Assembly: GCA_050124795.1 (NCBI GenBank)
Contig: JASFEO010000004.1
Coordinates: 1,968-65,967 of the forward strand
DNA: 64,000 nucleotides
From: Candidatus Pacearchaeota archaeon
Lineage (GTDB): Archaea > Nanobdellota > Nanobdellia > Pacearchaeales > GW2011-AR1
Direction of reading: 5' to 3'
A program made the position numbers and the translations under genes. The notes under the pieces are model-generated. The model did not search any database, had not been told where the DNA came from, and saw only the letters and a list, made by a program, of their open reading frames with translations. Positions 56,243-63,874 of this stretch are shown one piece after another. Every line of letters begins with the position of its first letter. Position 1 is the stretch's first letter.

Positions 56243-56797
56243 ATGGGGTGGTTTGACAAAAAAGAGGAGCAGGCAAAAATGCAGCCGGCCATGTCATTGC
56301 CTGAATTGCCAGAACTTCCTGAACTTCCTGAACTCCCGGACGCAGACGAAAAAGAACCAATCCCCCAACTGCCAAGTTTCCCAAATAATTCTTTAGGTGA
56401 CAAATTTTCTCAAGATACAATTAAAGATGCTGTAACTGGGAAGAAAGAAGGTGATGAGGAAAAGGCAGATGATTCTGAAGATACGCCGATGATGCCTGCT
56501 CCTCCAATAAAACACATGACAGATGAACCCGCTTCTTATAACGAACCAACACAATATAAAATAAAATCTCATCTTGAAGAAGCAGAACCTATTTTTGTTA
56601 GAATTGACAAGTTTGAAGAAAGCCTTGAAATATTTCAAAAAACAAAAGAAAAAATTTCAGACATTGACGATATGCTAAGAGAAATAAAAAAAATTAAAGA
56701 AGACGAAGAAGTTCAGTTAAATTCATGGGAAAAAGAAATTCAAAAAGTCAAAGCGCAAATTGAAAAAATAGACAATGAACTTTTTTCTAAATTATAA
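56243..56797 (+). CDS. hypothetical protein with an LPE tandem repeat and a C-terminal coiled coil
   Basis: SLPELPELPELPELPD near the N-terminus, an acidic linker, then PIFVRIDKFEESLEI... and a coiled coil. Confidence 0.6.
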   Translation: MGWFDKKEEQAKMQPAMSLPELPELPELPELPDADEKEPIPQLPSFPNNSLGDKFSQDTIKDAVTGKKEGDEEKADDSEDTPMMPAPPIKHMTDEPASYNEPTQYKIKSHLEEAEPIFVRIDKFEESLEIFQKTKEKISDIDDMLREIKKIKEDEEVQLNSWEKEIQKVKAQIEKIDNELFSKL

Positions 56798-57162
56798 TGG
56801 TAGACCAAAAACTTATTCATGTAAAGTTTGAATATGAAGAAGCACGAACACAAAAAATGCAGCTTCTTAATCTGCAAAAAGATTTGCTCAATATAGCCCA
56901 GACAATAAAAAATTATAATTCTCATCGCATAAATGAATTAAATGCAAAAGCAAAACTCCATTTAAAATCAAGATCAGTTTTAAACGACTTAAGAAAAATC
57001 CACAAACTTCTGCCAAAAGAAGGAATCCCGGAAATTCTCAAGGGCAAAATAAAAGAAATTCACAATGTAAAAGAAAAAAAGAAAGACAATAAAAAATATT
57101 CAACTGACATTCATTCGCAATTAAGTGAAATACAAAATAAGTTAAATGAACTCGCCAAATAA
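56797..57162 (+). CDS. coiled-coil hypothetical protein
   Basis: 121-aa ORF whose start shares one base with the preceding stop (TAATG). Confidence 0.5.
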   Translation: MVDQKLIHVKFEYEEARTQKMQLLNLQKDLLNIAQTIKNYNSHRINELNAKAKLHLKSRSVLNDLRKIHKLLPKEGIPEILKGKIKEIHNVKEKKKDNKKYSTDIHSQLSEIQNKLNELAK

Positions 57163-57197
57163 TAAAACTTAAAAGTCCTGTTTCTTAAAAATTAAAT

Positions 57198-58970
57198 ATG
57201 ATAACACGAAAAGAATTAATAAAAAAATACATTGAATTTTTTAAATCTAAAAACCATAAAGAAATTCCAAATGCAAGTTTAATTCCGGAAAACGACCCAA
57301 CTGTTTTATTTACAACTGCAGGAATGCATCCATTAGTTCCATACTTATTAGGTCAGCCTCATCCTTTAGGAAAAAGATTAATGAATGTTCAAAGATGTAT
57401 AAGAACAATCGATATTGAAGAAGTCGGCGACTCAACACATCACACTTTTTTTGAAATGATTGGAAACTGGTCTTTAGGAGACTATTGGAAAAAAGAGGCA
57501 ATTCAATGGAGTTTTGAATTTGCAACAAAAATCTTAAACCTTCCTATTGGAAATTTGGCAGTCACAGTTTTTGGTGGGGACAATAGAGAACCCCAAGTTC
57601 CAAAAGATGAAGAATCTGCAAAAATCTTGGAAGAATTAGGCATTCCAAAAAAAAGAATTGCTTATCTCCCAGGAGGGATTCATGAAAGTGAAGACAATTG
57701 GTGGGGGCCAGCTGGAAAAACAGGACCATGCGGACCTTCAACAGAAATGTTTTACTGGAAAGACAACTCTCGTCCTGCTCCAGAGAAATTTGGTCCTGAA
57801 GATGAAACCTGGGTTGAAATTTGGAATGATGTTTTAATGCAGTATAATAAAGATGAAAAAGGAAACTATAATTTAGCAAAACAAAAAAACATTGATAATG
57901 GAAGAGGTTTAGAGAGAGTTTTAGCAATCATAAACGGGCTTGAAGATAATTACTTAACAGAAGTATGGACTCCAATAATTGAAAAGATTGAAGAATTATC
58001 AAATAAAAAATATTCTGAAAATCCAAAAGAAATGCGAATAATTGCAGACCACATAAAAGCATCTTGTTTTATAATTGCCGACGGAATTGTTCCTGCAAAT
58101 TCAGATCAAGGTTATGTTTTAAGAAGATTAATTCGTCGTGCAGTTAGAAATGGAAAAACTCTTGGAATTGAAAAATTCACAAAAAAAATTGCAGAACCTG
58201 TTTTTGAAATTTACAATGATTATCCTGAACTTGAAAAAAACAAAGAAAAAATTTTAAATGAATTAGAAAAAGAAGAAGAGAAATTTTTAACGACACTAGA
58301 AAAAGGTTTAAATAAATTCAATAAATTTACTAAAGACAAAAAAGAACTTTCAGGAAAAGAAATATTTTTACTTTATCAAAGTTATGGCTTTCCAATTGAA
58401 CTAACTGAAGAAATTGCAAAAGAAAAAAACATTAAAATTAATAAAAAAGATTTTGAAAAAGAATTAAAAAAACATCAGGAACTCTCGCGAACAGCATCAG
58501 CAGGCAAATTTAAATCAGGCTTGGCAGACAATAGTGAGGCAACAACAAAATTGCACACAGCAGCGCATTTATTATTAAAAGCATTGCAAATAATTTTAAA
58601 AGATAACAACATTTTGCAGCGAGGTTCAAACATAACTCCTGAAAGACTAAGACTGGATTTTAATTTTGAAAGAAAATTAACAGAAGAAGAAGTAAAAAAA
58701 GTTGAAGATTTAGTAAATGAAAAGATAAATGAAAAGATAAAAGTTGTTCGCGAGGAAATGACACCAAGTGAAGCAAAAGAAAAAGGTGCCCAGGGAATGT
58801 TTGACAGAAAATATCCTGACATAGTTTCAGTTTATACAATAGGAAATTTTTCAAAAGAAATTTGCACTGGGCCCCATGTAAAAAATACTTCTGAATTAGG
58901 AAAGTTTAAAATTAAAAAACAACAATCATCAAGCGCAGGTGTTCGACGTATAAAAGCTGTTTTGGGATAG
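57198..58970 (+). CDS. alaS: alanyl-tRNA synthetase, bacterial-type catalytic core, short form lacking the C-Ala domain
   Basis: FTTAGMHP and HHTFFEMIGNWSLGDYWK. Editing-domain HTAAH and CTGPH motifs. 590 aa. Confidence 0.85.
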   Translation: MITRKELIKKYIEFFKSKNHKEIPNASLIPENDPTVLFTTAGMHPLVPYLLGQPHPLGKRLMNVQRCIRTIDIEEVGDSTHHTFFEMIGNWSLGDYWKKEAIQWSFEFATKILNLPIGNLAVTVFGGDNREPQVPKDEESAKILEELGIPKKRIAYLPGGIHESEDNWWGPAGKTGPCGPSTEMFYWKDNSRPAPEKFGPEDETWVEIWNDVLMQYNKDEKGNYNLAKQKNIDNGRGLERVLAIINGLEDNYLTEVWTPIIEKIEELSNKKYSENPKEMRIIADHIKASCFIIADGIVPANSDQGYVLRRLIRRAVRNGKTLGIEKFTKKIAEPVFEIYNDYPELEKNKEKILNELEKEEEKFLTTLEKGLNKFNKFTKDKKELSGKEIFLLYQSYGFPIELTEEIAKEKNIKINKKDFEKELKKHQELSRTASAGKFKSGLADNSEATTKLHTAAHLLLKALQIILKDNNILQRGSNITPERLRLDFNFERKLTEEEVKKVEDLVNEKINEKIKVVREEMTPSEAKEKGAQGMFDRKYPDIVSVYTIGNFSKEICTGPHVKNTSELGKFKIKKQQSSSAGVRRIKAVLG

Positions 58971-59243
58971 TATCTAAATCTTTTTATACATAATTCAAAA
59001 AATAATCTTATGGGTGATTTAAATAATAATGAATTTAAAATTAACTTGCTAAAATTGGAAGAAGCTTGTTTTGAGTATTTAATTTAAACCCCAAATCCCC
59101 CGCAACCCCAATCCCTCTATAGATTTCTTCTTTTTTCATAAAAACAAAAATCCGCACTTGCTTAAAAGAATTATTGCTCTTTAATATATTCTTTTAAAAT
59201 TCCAAATCATTTTATAAAAATAATATTGCAGAGCAATAATATA

Positions 59244-59315
59244 TGGTCCCACGCAGAATCGAACTGCGGTCTTATCCACGTCAAGGATATGTCTTGGCCA
59301 TTGGACTACAGGACC
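59244..59315 (-). tRNA. tRNA-Val (anticodon GAC)
   Basis: Hand-folded: acceptor GGUCCUG/UGGGACC (two G-U pairs), anticodon stem UAUCC/GGAUA with loop UUGACGU, T arm CGCAG-UUCGAUU-CUGCG, discriminator A. No encoded CCA. Confidence 0.85.
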
Positions 59316-59398
59316 TTCAACAGTGCTATCTAATCCTACTTATGACAACTTTTGAATGTGCTGTACAGGCAGGACCTTACAAAAAAGACAATTATTCA

Positions 59399-59692
59399 TT
59401 ATAAAAAACTTTTCTTGCTAATTCTCCTCCCAACTTTCCCCCCCTTAATCTGCCCCCAATTCTTCTCAACAAATTTAAAATTTAATTTTTTAGAATTTAT
59501 TTTTCCCAAGGAACACAAATCATTAAACAAATTCTCAGGCAAAAGCCTCCGCTCAACAAAATAATTTTTCATTGTTGAATAACTGACTCCAATTCTTTTT
59601 GAAAGTTCTCGTAGCGACGGAGAATTAACTTCTTTCATAAGTTTCTCTAAAAATTTCTTTTGCATATTTTTTCTAAACTTTATTCTTTTCAT
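59399..59692 (-). CDS. small HTH-containing hypothetical protein
   Basis: SLRELSKRIGVSYSTMKNY resembles a helix-turn-helix. Confidence 0.4.
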   Translation of the reverse strand: MKRIKFRKNMQKKFLEKLMKEVNSPSLRELSKRIGVSYSTMKNYFVERRLLPENLFNDLCSLGKINSKKLNFKFVEKNWGQIKGGKVGRRISKKSFL

Positions 59693-59754
59693 TTTTTATT
59701 AATTATCTCTTTAAGTATATAAACATTTAAAAACAAAACAAAATTTTAAACCTA

Positions 59755-59919
59755 ATGAGTTGCTTTGAAGATTGTTACCCTGAAATATGGGAAGAAAGAT
59801 GCAGAAAGGAAAAACCTTGGAATTATAATAATGGAGGACATCAACCTGACGCTGATGAACAGGCAATCATAGAACATTTAGAAGATTCTTTAAGAAATCC
59901 TCAAAATTATAAAGACTAA
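59755..59919 (+). CDS. unannotated 54-aa ORF
   Basis: MSCFEDCYPEIWEERCRKEKPWNYNNGGHQPDADEQAIIEHLEDSLRNPQNYKD. It fills an otherwise empty gap and its composition is non-repetitive. It falls below the track cut-off. Confidence 0.35.
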   Translation: MSCFEDCYPEIWEERCRKEKPWNYNNGGHQPDADEQAIIEHLEDSLRNPQNYKD

Positions 59920-59996
59920 CAAAAGAATTTTAATATTTTTACTGCGGCACCACAACTATAAAAACTTTTATAAACCAATATTTTTTTACTTTGGCA

Positions 59997-60314
59997 ATGA
60001 AGTTGCCAAAATTAACTAACAGATATTGTCCATATTGCAAAAAAAAGACAGACCAGAAAATCAAAATAGTTGGAACAGGAGGTAAAAGAGGAACCCTGAC
60101 TCGTGGTGGAAAGTCCAGAGCAAGATTAAGAGGTTTAGGACGAGGAATTGGGAACCTAGGAAAATGGGGCTCAAAACCCGCAGTTACAAAATTCAAAAGA
60201 AAAACAAAAACAACTAAAAAGACAAACATCATGTATACATGCCAAGTCTGCAAAAAATCTAAATACAGACAAGGCAGAAGAAATAAACGAACAGGAAAAG
60301 TATTACAGGAATAA
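59997..60314 (+). CDS. rpl44e: ribosomal protein eL42 (L44e)
   Basis: YCPYCKKKT...GGKRG...TKK..IMYTCQVCKK fits the eL42 Zn-ribbon pattern. The start was set at ATG 59997. Confidence 0.85.
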   Translation: MKLPKLTNRYCPYCKKKTDQKIKIVGTGGKRGTLTRGGKSRARLRGLGRGIGNLGKWGSKPAVTKFKRKTKTTKKTNIMYTCQVCKKSKYRQGRRNKRTGKVLQE

Positions 60315-60316
60315 AA

Positions 60317-60568
60317 ATGAAAATAAAATTATATAAAAAATATATTGGACAATACAGGAAATCAAAATTAAAAGTAAATCTTGAATATACCCAAGACAAA
60401 ATCAGAGATTCTCAGAAGAGCATAGAAGGATTAAGATTAATATTAGAAGACCCTTTATGTTTTTCTATACCTTTTGTAGATGATACTATTTTATCATTAA
60501 AAAAACATAGACTTAAAAGATTAAAAATTAAAGAAGGAAGATTATCTCAAAGATTAGGAGTAATTTAA
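60317..60568 (+). CDS. hypothetical basic protein in the position usually held by S27e
   Basis: 83-aa ORF, tightly packed between the eL42 and eS1 genes. It lacks the C4 zinc ribbon. Confidence 0.5.
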   Translation: MKIKLYKKYIGQYRKSKLKVNLEYTQDKIRDSQKSIEGLRLILEDPLCFSIPFVDDTILSLKKHRLKRLKIKEGRLSQRLGVI

Positions 60569-60569
60569 A

Positions 60570-61283
60570 ATGGCAATAGCAAAAAGAAAAAAGAAATTTT
60601 TTGAAGTTGACATGCCTATAATTCGAAAAGAAACTCAGCTTCAGGCATTTGAACCCAAAGAATTAGTTGACAGAATTATTCGTTATGACTTAACAAGAAT
60701 GAACAGAGGAAAAGGAATGCTCTTGCAATTAAAGGTAAAATCAAAAGACGACAAATTAACAACAATACCAACTGCGCTCCAACTAATGCCTTATTACTTA
60801 AAGCGTATGGTAAGAAAAGGAACAAATTATGTTGAGGATTCTTTTTCTGCTGATGCAAAAGATTCTGTAATCAGAATAAAACCATTTTTAATTACAAGAA
60901 GAAAAGTCTCGCGCGCAGTTAGAAAAGCATTAAGAAATAAAGCAAGAGAAGAACTTACAAAATATTTAAAATCAAAATCAAGTGAAAAAATATTTGAAGA
61001 AGTTTTAAAAAACCATGTTCAAAAAACACTTAGCTTGAAACTAAAAAAGATTTATCCATTAAGTTTGTGTGAAATCAGAATTCTAAAAGTAGAAAAGTTT
61101 ATTAAAGATAAAGTTGAAAATAAAAATATGGATGAAGAAAAAATAGAAAATGCAGCTGAGGAAATAACAAAAGATGTTGAAGTTGAAAATGTCAAAGAAC
61201 CTTCAGTAAAAGAAGAAGTTAAAAAAGAAATAGAAAAAGAAGTTGAAGAAGTAATTGAAGACGTTGCTGAAGACAAAGAATAA
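60570..61283 (+). CDS. rps3ae: ribosomal protein eS1 (S3Ae) with an acidic C-terminal extension
   Basis: KKKFFEVDMP..., MVRKGTNYVED, IRIKPFLITRRK and KKIYPLSLCEIRILKV. The tail is rich in E/K/V. Confidence 0.85.
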   Translation: MAIAKRKKKFFEVDMPIIRKETQLQAFEPKELVDRIIRYDLTRMNRGKGMLLQLKVKSKDDKLTTIPTALQLMPYYLKRMVRKGTNYVEDSFSADAKDSVIRIKPFLITRRKVSRAVRKALRNKAREELTKYLKSKSSEKIFEEVLKNHVQKTLSLKLKKIYPLSLCEIRILKVEKFIKDKVENKNMDEEKIENAAEEITKDVEVENVKEPSVKEEVKKEIEKEVEEVIEDVAEDKE

Positions 61284-61298
61284 ATAATCATTCTAAAA

Positions 61299-61868
61299 AT
61301 GACGACAACTTATATATTGCATGGAGGAAATACTGGCGTCCCTTGTGCAAGAAATTTTGAACTCTATAAAGAATTAGCTAGACAAACTCCTGACAAAGGA
61401 AAAATTCTTTTCATGTTTTTTGCAATAGACAAAGAAAAATGGGAACCTTCATTAGAACATAATAAAAATTCTTTTCAAAAAACTAAAACAACAAAAAAGT
61501 TTAACCTTGAAATTGCAAACCCAAAAACAGAAAAATTAATAGAACAAATTAATTCAACAGATACAATTTACATTTGCGGAGGAAACGACGATTGGTTAAA
61601 AAAACCTCTTGAGAAAATAAATAATCTTGAAAAATTATTAAAAGGAAAAACAATAATGGGGTGTTCAGCAGGAGCAAACATTCTCTCAAAATATTTCTAT
61701 CGAAATAGTAAACAAAGAGTTGAAAATGGATTGGGGATTATCCCAATAAAAGTTTTCTGCCATTATAACAAAAACAAAAAAGAAAAATTAAAAGAATTAA
61801 AAAGTTATGGAAAAAATTTTCCAATATACACAATTCCTGAAGAAGATTTTATTATACTTGAAAGATAA
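61299..61868 (+). CDS. peptidase S51 (peptidase E / cyanophycinase-like) family protein
   Basis: IYICGGNDDWL and MGCSAGANIL (GxSAG nucleophile elbow). Confidence 0.6.
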   Translation: MTTTYILHGGNTGVPCARNFELYKELARQTPDKGKILFMFFAIDKEKWEPSLEHNKNSFQKTKTTKKFNLEIANPKTEKLIEQINSTDTIYICGGNDDWLKKPLEKINNLEKLLKGKTIMGCSAGANILSKYFYRNSKQRVENGLGIIPIKVFCHYNKNKKEKLKELKSYGKNFPIYTIPEEDFIILER

Positions 61869-61958
61869 ATTTTAGAAAAATTTTAACTGTAATTTTAAAA
61901 TTGTAATAAGAATATAAATATTAATTATTAATGAAAATTACACAATATATGCTCTAAA

Positions 61959-62618
61959 ATGATTAATAAATTATCAAAAGAATTAATTAAAAGAAAGGTC
62001 TATCACAAAATACAAGACAAGACAATCTTAACAAGAAAAACAAAAGTTTCAATACCTAAGATAAATAAAGATATAGCATATCTAATAGGGGTTATTGCAG
62101 GAGATGGTTCATTAGTTGCCACACCAAGGAAAAGAGGGGGCTATCACTATATCTTAAGAATTTATGCAGAAAAAGAAGAATATCTAAAACTATTAAACAA
62201 GATATTTGAAAAACATTTTTTATTAAAAGGCGGGATAAAAAAGGATAAAAGAAAAAGAAGTGCGTATTATCTCTTAATTCAAAATGCATCAATATTCTTT
62301 TATTTTGTAAATAATGGAAGTGAAATCGGCAAAAAACAAAGATTCAAAATCCCAAAGGCTATTCAAGAAAATAGAAGGTATTTCTTAGAATATCTCGCAG
62401 GTTTGGTCGATACAGACGGGCATATCGCAAGAAAAAGAGTCCATTTAAAACAAAAAAGTGAGGTCTTGTTGCGGGAAATAAACAAACTTGCAAATAAAGA
62501 AGGATTAAACTGCAACCTTCCAAAAGTAAATTATACAAATGAAGAACCATATTACTATATTCGGTTTGACAATAAAATACCCTTAAGATTTAAAACAAAC
62601 AAATTTTTAAAGGGTTGA
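61959..62618 (+). CDS. free-standing double-motif LAGLIDADG homing endonuclease
   Basis: Two LAGLIDADG motifs: YLIGVIAGDGSL and YLAGLVDTDGHI, about 110 aa apart. Confidence 0.85.
   Translation: MINKLSKELIKRKVYHKIQDKTILTRKTKVSIPKINKDIAYLIGVIAGDGSLVATPRKRGGYHYILRIYAEKEEYLKLLNKIFEKHFLLKGGIKKDKRKRSAYYLLIQNASIFFYFVNNGSEIGKKQRFKIPKAIQENRRYFLEYLAGLVDTDGHIARKRVHLKQKSEVLLREINKLANKEGLNCNLPKVNYTNEEPYYYIRFDNKIPLRFKTNKFLKG
62604..62611 (+). promoter_or_regulatory. TATA-box-like element upstream of the tRNA-Thr locus
   Basis: TTTTTAAA centred at about 62607, which would place a transcription start near 62634, i.e. 14 nt upstream of the mature tRNA 5' end. Confidence 0.3.
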
Positions 62619-62647
62619 TTATTACTGATTTAAGCCTGTGTTGGTAC

Positions 62648-62756
62648 GCCTGCATAGCTCAGTGGTAGAGCAAAGTGTTTTGAGTTTTCAAGAGACTCTG
62701 ACTCGCTCAGCTGCCTTGTAAGCAGTAGGCCGGGGGTTCGAATCCCTCTGCAGGCT
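62648..62756 (+). tRNA. tRNA-Thr (anticodon UGU) with a ~37-nt non-canonical intron near position 26/27
   Basis: Acceptor GCCUGCA/UGCAGGC, D arm GCUC-AGUGGUA-GAGC, then 37 extra nt (about 62673-62709), anticodon arm GCUGC-CUUGUAA-GCAGU, variable loop AGGCC, T arm GGGGG-UUCGAAU-CCCUC. Confidence 0.8.
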
Positions 62757-62759
62757 TGT

Positions 62760-62782
62760 ACACATTCTTTCCAAGAATGTGT
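62760..62782 (+). terminator. perfect 10-bp hairpin directly after tRNA-Thr
   Basis: ACACATTCTT-TCC-AAGAATGTGT followed by TTAATT. A role in termination or processing is assumed. Confidence 0.4.
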
Positions 62783-62784
62783 TA

Positions 62785-62916
62785 ATTCTGAGGGATTCAA
62801 AGTCATGTAAACACAAGAGCAATTGATTCTCGGGGGCCGAACAACCTTGTGATAAAAGTATCGCCGGCACAGAAACTTTGTGCAAAGTTGGGAGATAAAG
62901 GAATCCCCCACAGGCT
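62785..62916 (+). ncRNA. GC-enriched structured region of unknown identity, ending in a tRNA-3'-end-like segment
   Basis: Visibly more GC-rich than the flanks. Nested complementarities: 62792-62798/62901-62907, 62812-62817/62846-62851, hairpin 62867-62883. No credible ORF with a start codon. Confidence 0.35.
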
Positions 62917-62969
62917 TTTATATTCTAAACAAAATAAATCTTTATAACTAAGAACTTTCTAAAAATAAA

Positions 62970-63220
62970 ATGGCTTGGCAAGACATTTCAATAACAATAA
63001 TTATTATTGCATTTAGTTATGCATTAACCCCTCAAATTTACCTTGGCCTTAAAGAAAAAAAGGTCTAATAAATCTTCAGACTTCAATTATAACTGCTCTT
63101 GGCATGTATTCTCTTGCAGTTATTTATACAACAATAAATCTTTTTGTCTCATCAATTCTGGCATTAACAACAGGAATTCTCTGGACAATTTTATTTTTGC
63201 AGAAGATGATTTATAGATAA
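62970..63220 (+). pseudogene. PQ-loop/SemiSWEET-like 3-TM protein split by a frameshift at an A7 run
   Basis: MAWQDISITIIIIAFSYALTPQIYLGLKEKK stops at 63066. The other frame continues GLINLQTSIITALGMYSLAVIYTT...LWTILFLQKMIYR. One extra A in the run 63055-63061 fuses them (about 83 aa). Confidence 0.5.
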
Positions 63221-63222
63221 AA

Positions 63223-63477
63223 TTAAAAATCAATATTTCCGATTTCAAGTTCATGATAAATAGATGAAACTTTCCTCCAAGCCTCTGGGATGATTTTATC
63301 TCTCCCGAACTCATACTCCCCCCAAGATGCCCTAGACAAAGCCATGCATGCATCTTCAAAATATCTTAAACTATCAAGACTCTTCAAAGAAAAAACTTTT
63401 TCAACAGAATTCTTTAATACTAAATTTCTATCCCGAAACTCTGATTCCTGATAAGCATCACTAAAACCATCTGACAT
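63223..63477 (-). CDS. hypothetical protein
   Basis: 84-aa ORF. No motif recognised. Confidence 0.45.
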   Translation of the reverse strand: MSDGFSDAYQESEFRDRNLVLKNSVEKVFSLKSLDSLRYFEDACMALSRASWGEYEFGRDKIIPEAWRKVSSIYHELEIGNIDF

Positions 63478-63550
63478 AAAAATAAAAAAATTAAACTCTA
63501 TTTAAAGATTTATATAATACAAAATAATAATTAATTTTCACAGAAATTTT

Positions 63551-63874
63551 TTACTTCAACTTAACAGCAGTCCCAAAAGCCAACATTTCACTTGCACCCT
63601 GCATTACCATTGAAGTTGAAAATCTCATTCCAATAATTGCATCTGCTTTTAACTTGATTGCCTCATTAACCATTCTGTTAAATGCTTCATCCCTTGCATT
63701 GGAAGTCATTTCAGTATAAGTCTTGATTTCTCCGCCAACTAAATTTTTTAATCCTGCGCCAATATCTCTGCCAATATTTCTCGCCCGAACAGTGCTTCCA
63801 CGAACAACTCCCAAAACCTCTGCAATTTTTTTATTTGGGATTTCCTCAGTTGTTGCAACAATTAATTTTTTCAT
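63551..63874 (-). CDS. YbjQ/UPF0145 (DUF74) family protein
   Basis: VRGSTVRARNIGRDIGAGLKNLVGGEI..YT...R.EA...M...A...GADAIIGMRF pattern. GGAGG lies upstream of the ATG. Confidence 0.75.
   Translation of the reverse strand: MKKLIVATTEEIPNKKIAEVLGVVRGSTVRARNIGRDIGAGLKNLVGGEIKTYTEMTSNARDEAFNRMVNEAIKLKADAIIGMRFSTSMVMQGASEMLAFGTAVKLK

Noticed and set aside
62630-62911. Two overlapping minus-strand ORFs (93 and 65 aa)
   Set aside because: They run antisense through tRNA-Thr and the structured GC-rich region. There is no start context and no protein-like composition.
62785-62916. Possible minimal RNase P RNA (AAAGUC and ACAGAAA resemble CR-I/CR-V)
   Set aside because: At about 130 nt it is far shorter than any RNase P RNA I know of. 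The two motifs are short, and I could not build P4-type pairing between them. I kept it only as an unidentified structured region.
62845-62916. A second conventional tRNA using CUUGUG/CACAGG as acceptor stem
   Set aside because: The only candidate anticodon hairpin (GCACA-GAAACUU-UGUGC) lacks U33. No D or T arm can be formed.
63120-63359. 79-aa minus-strand ORF
   Set aside because: It overlaps the SemiSWEET-like gene in antisense and the 84-aa ORF 63223-63477 out of frame. It has poor composition.
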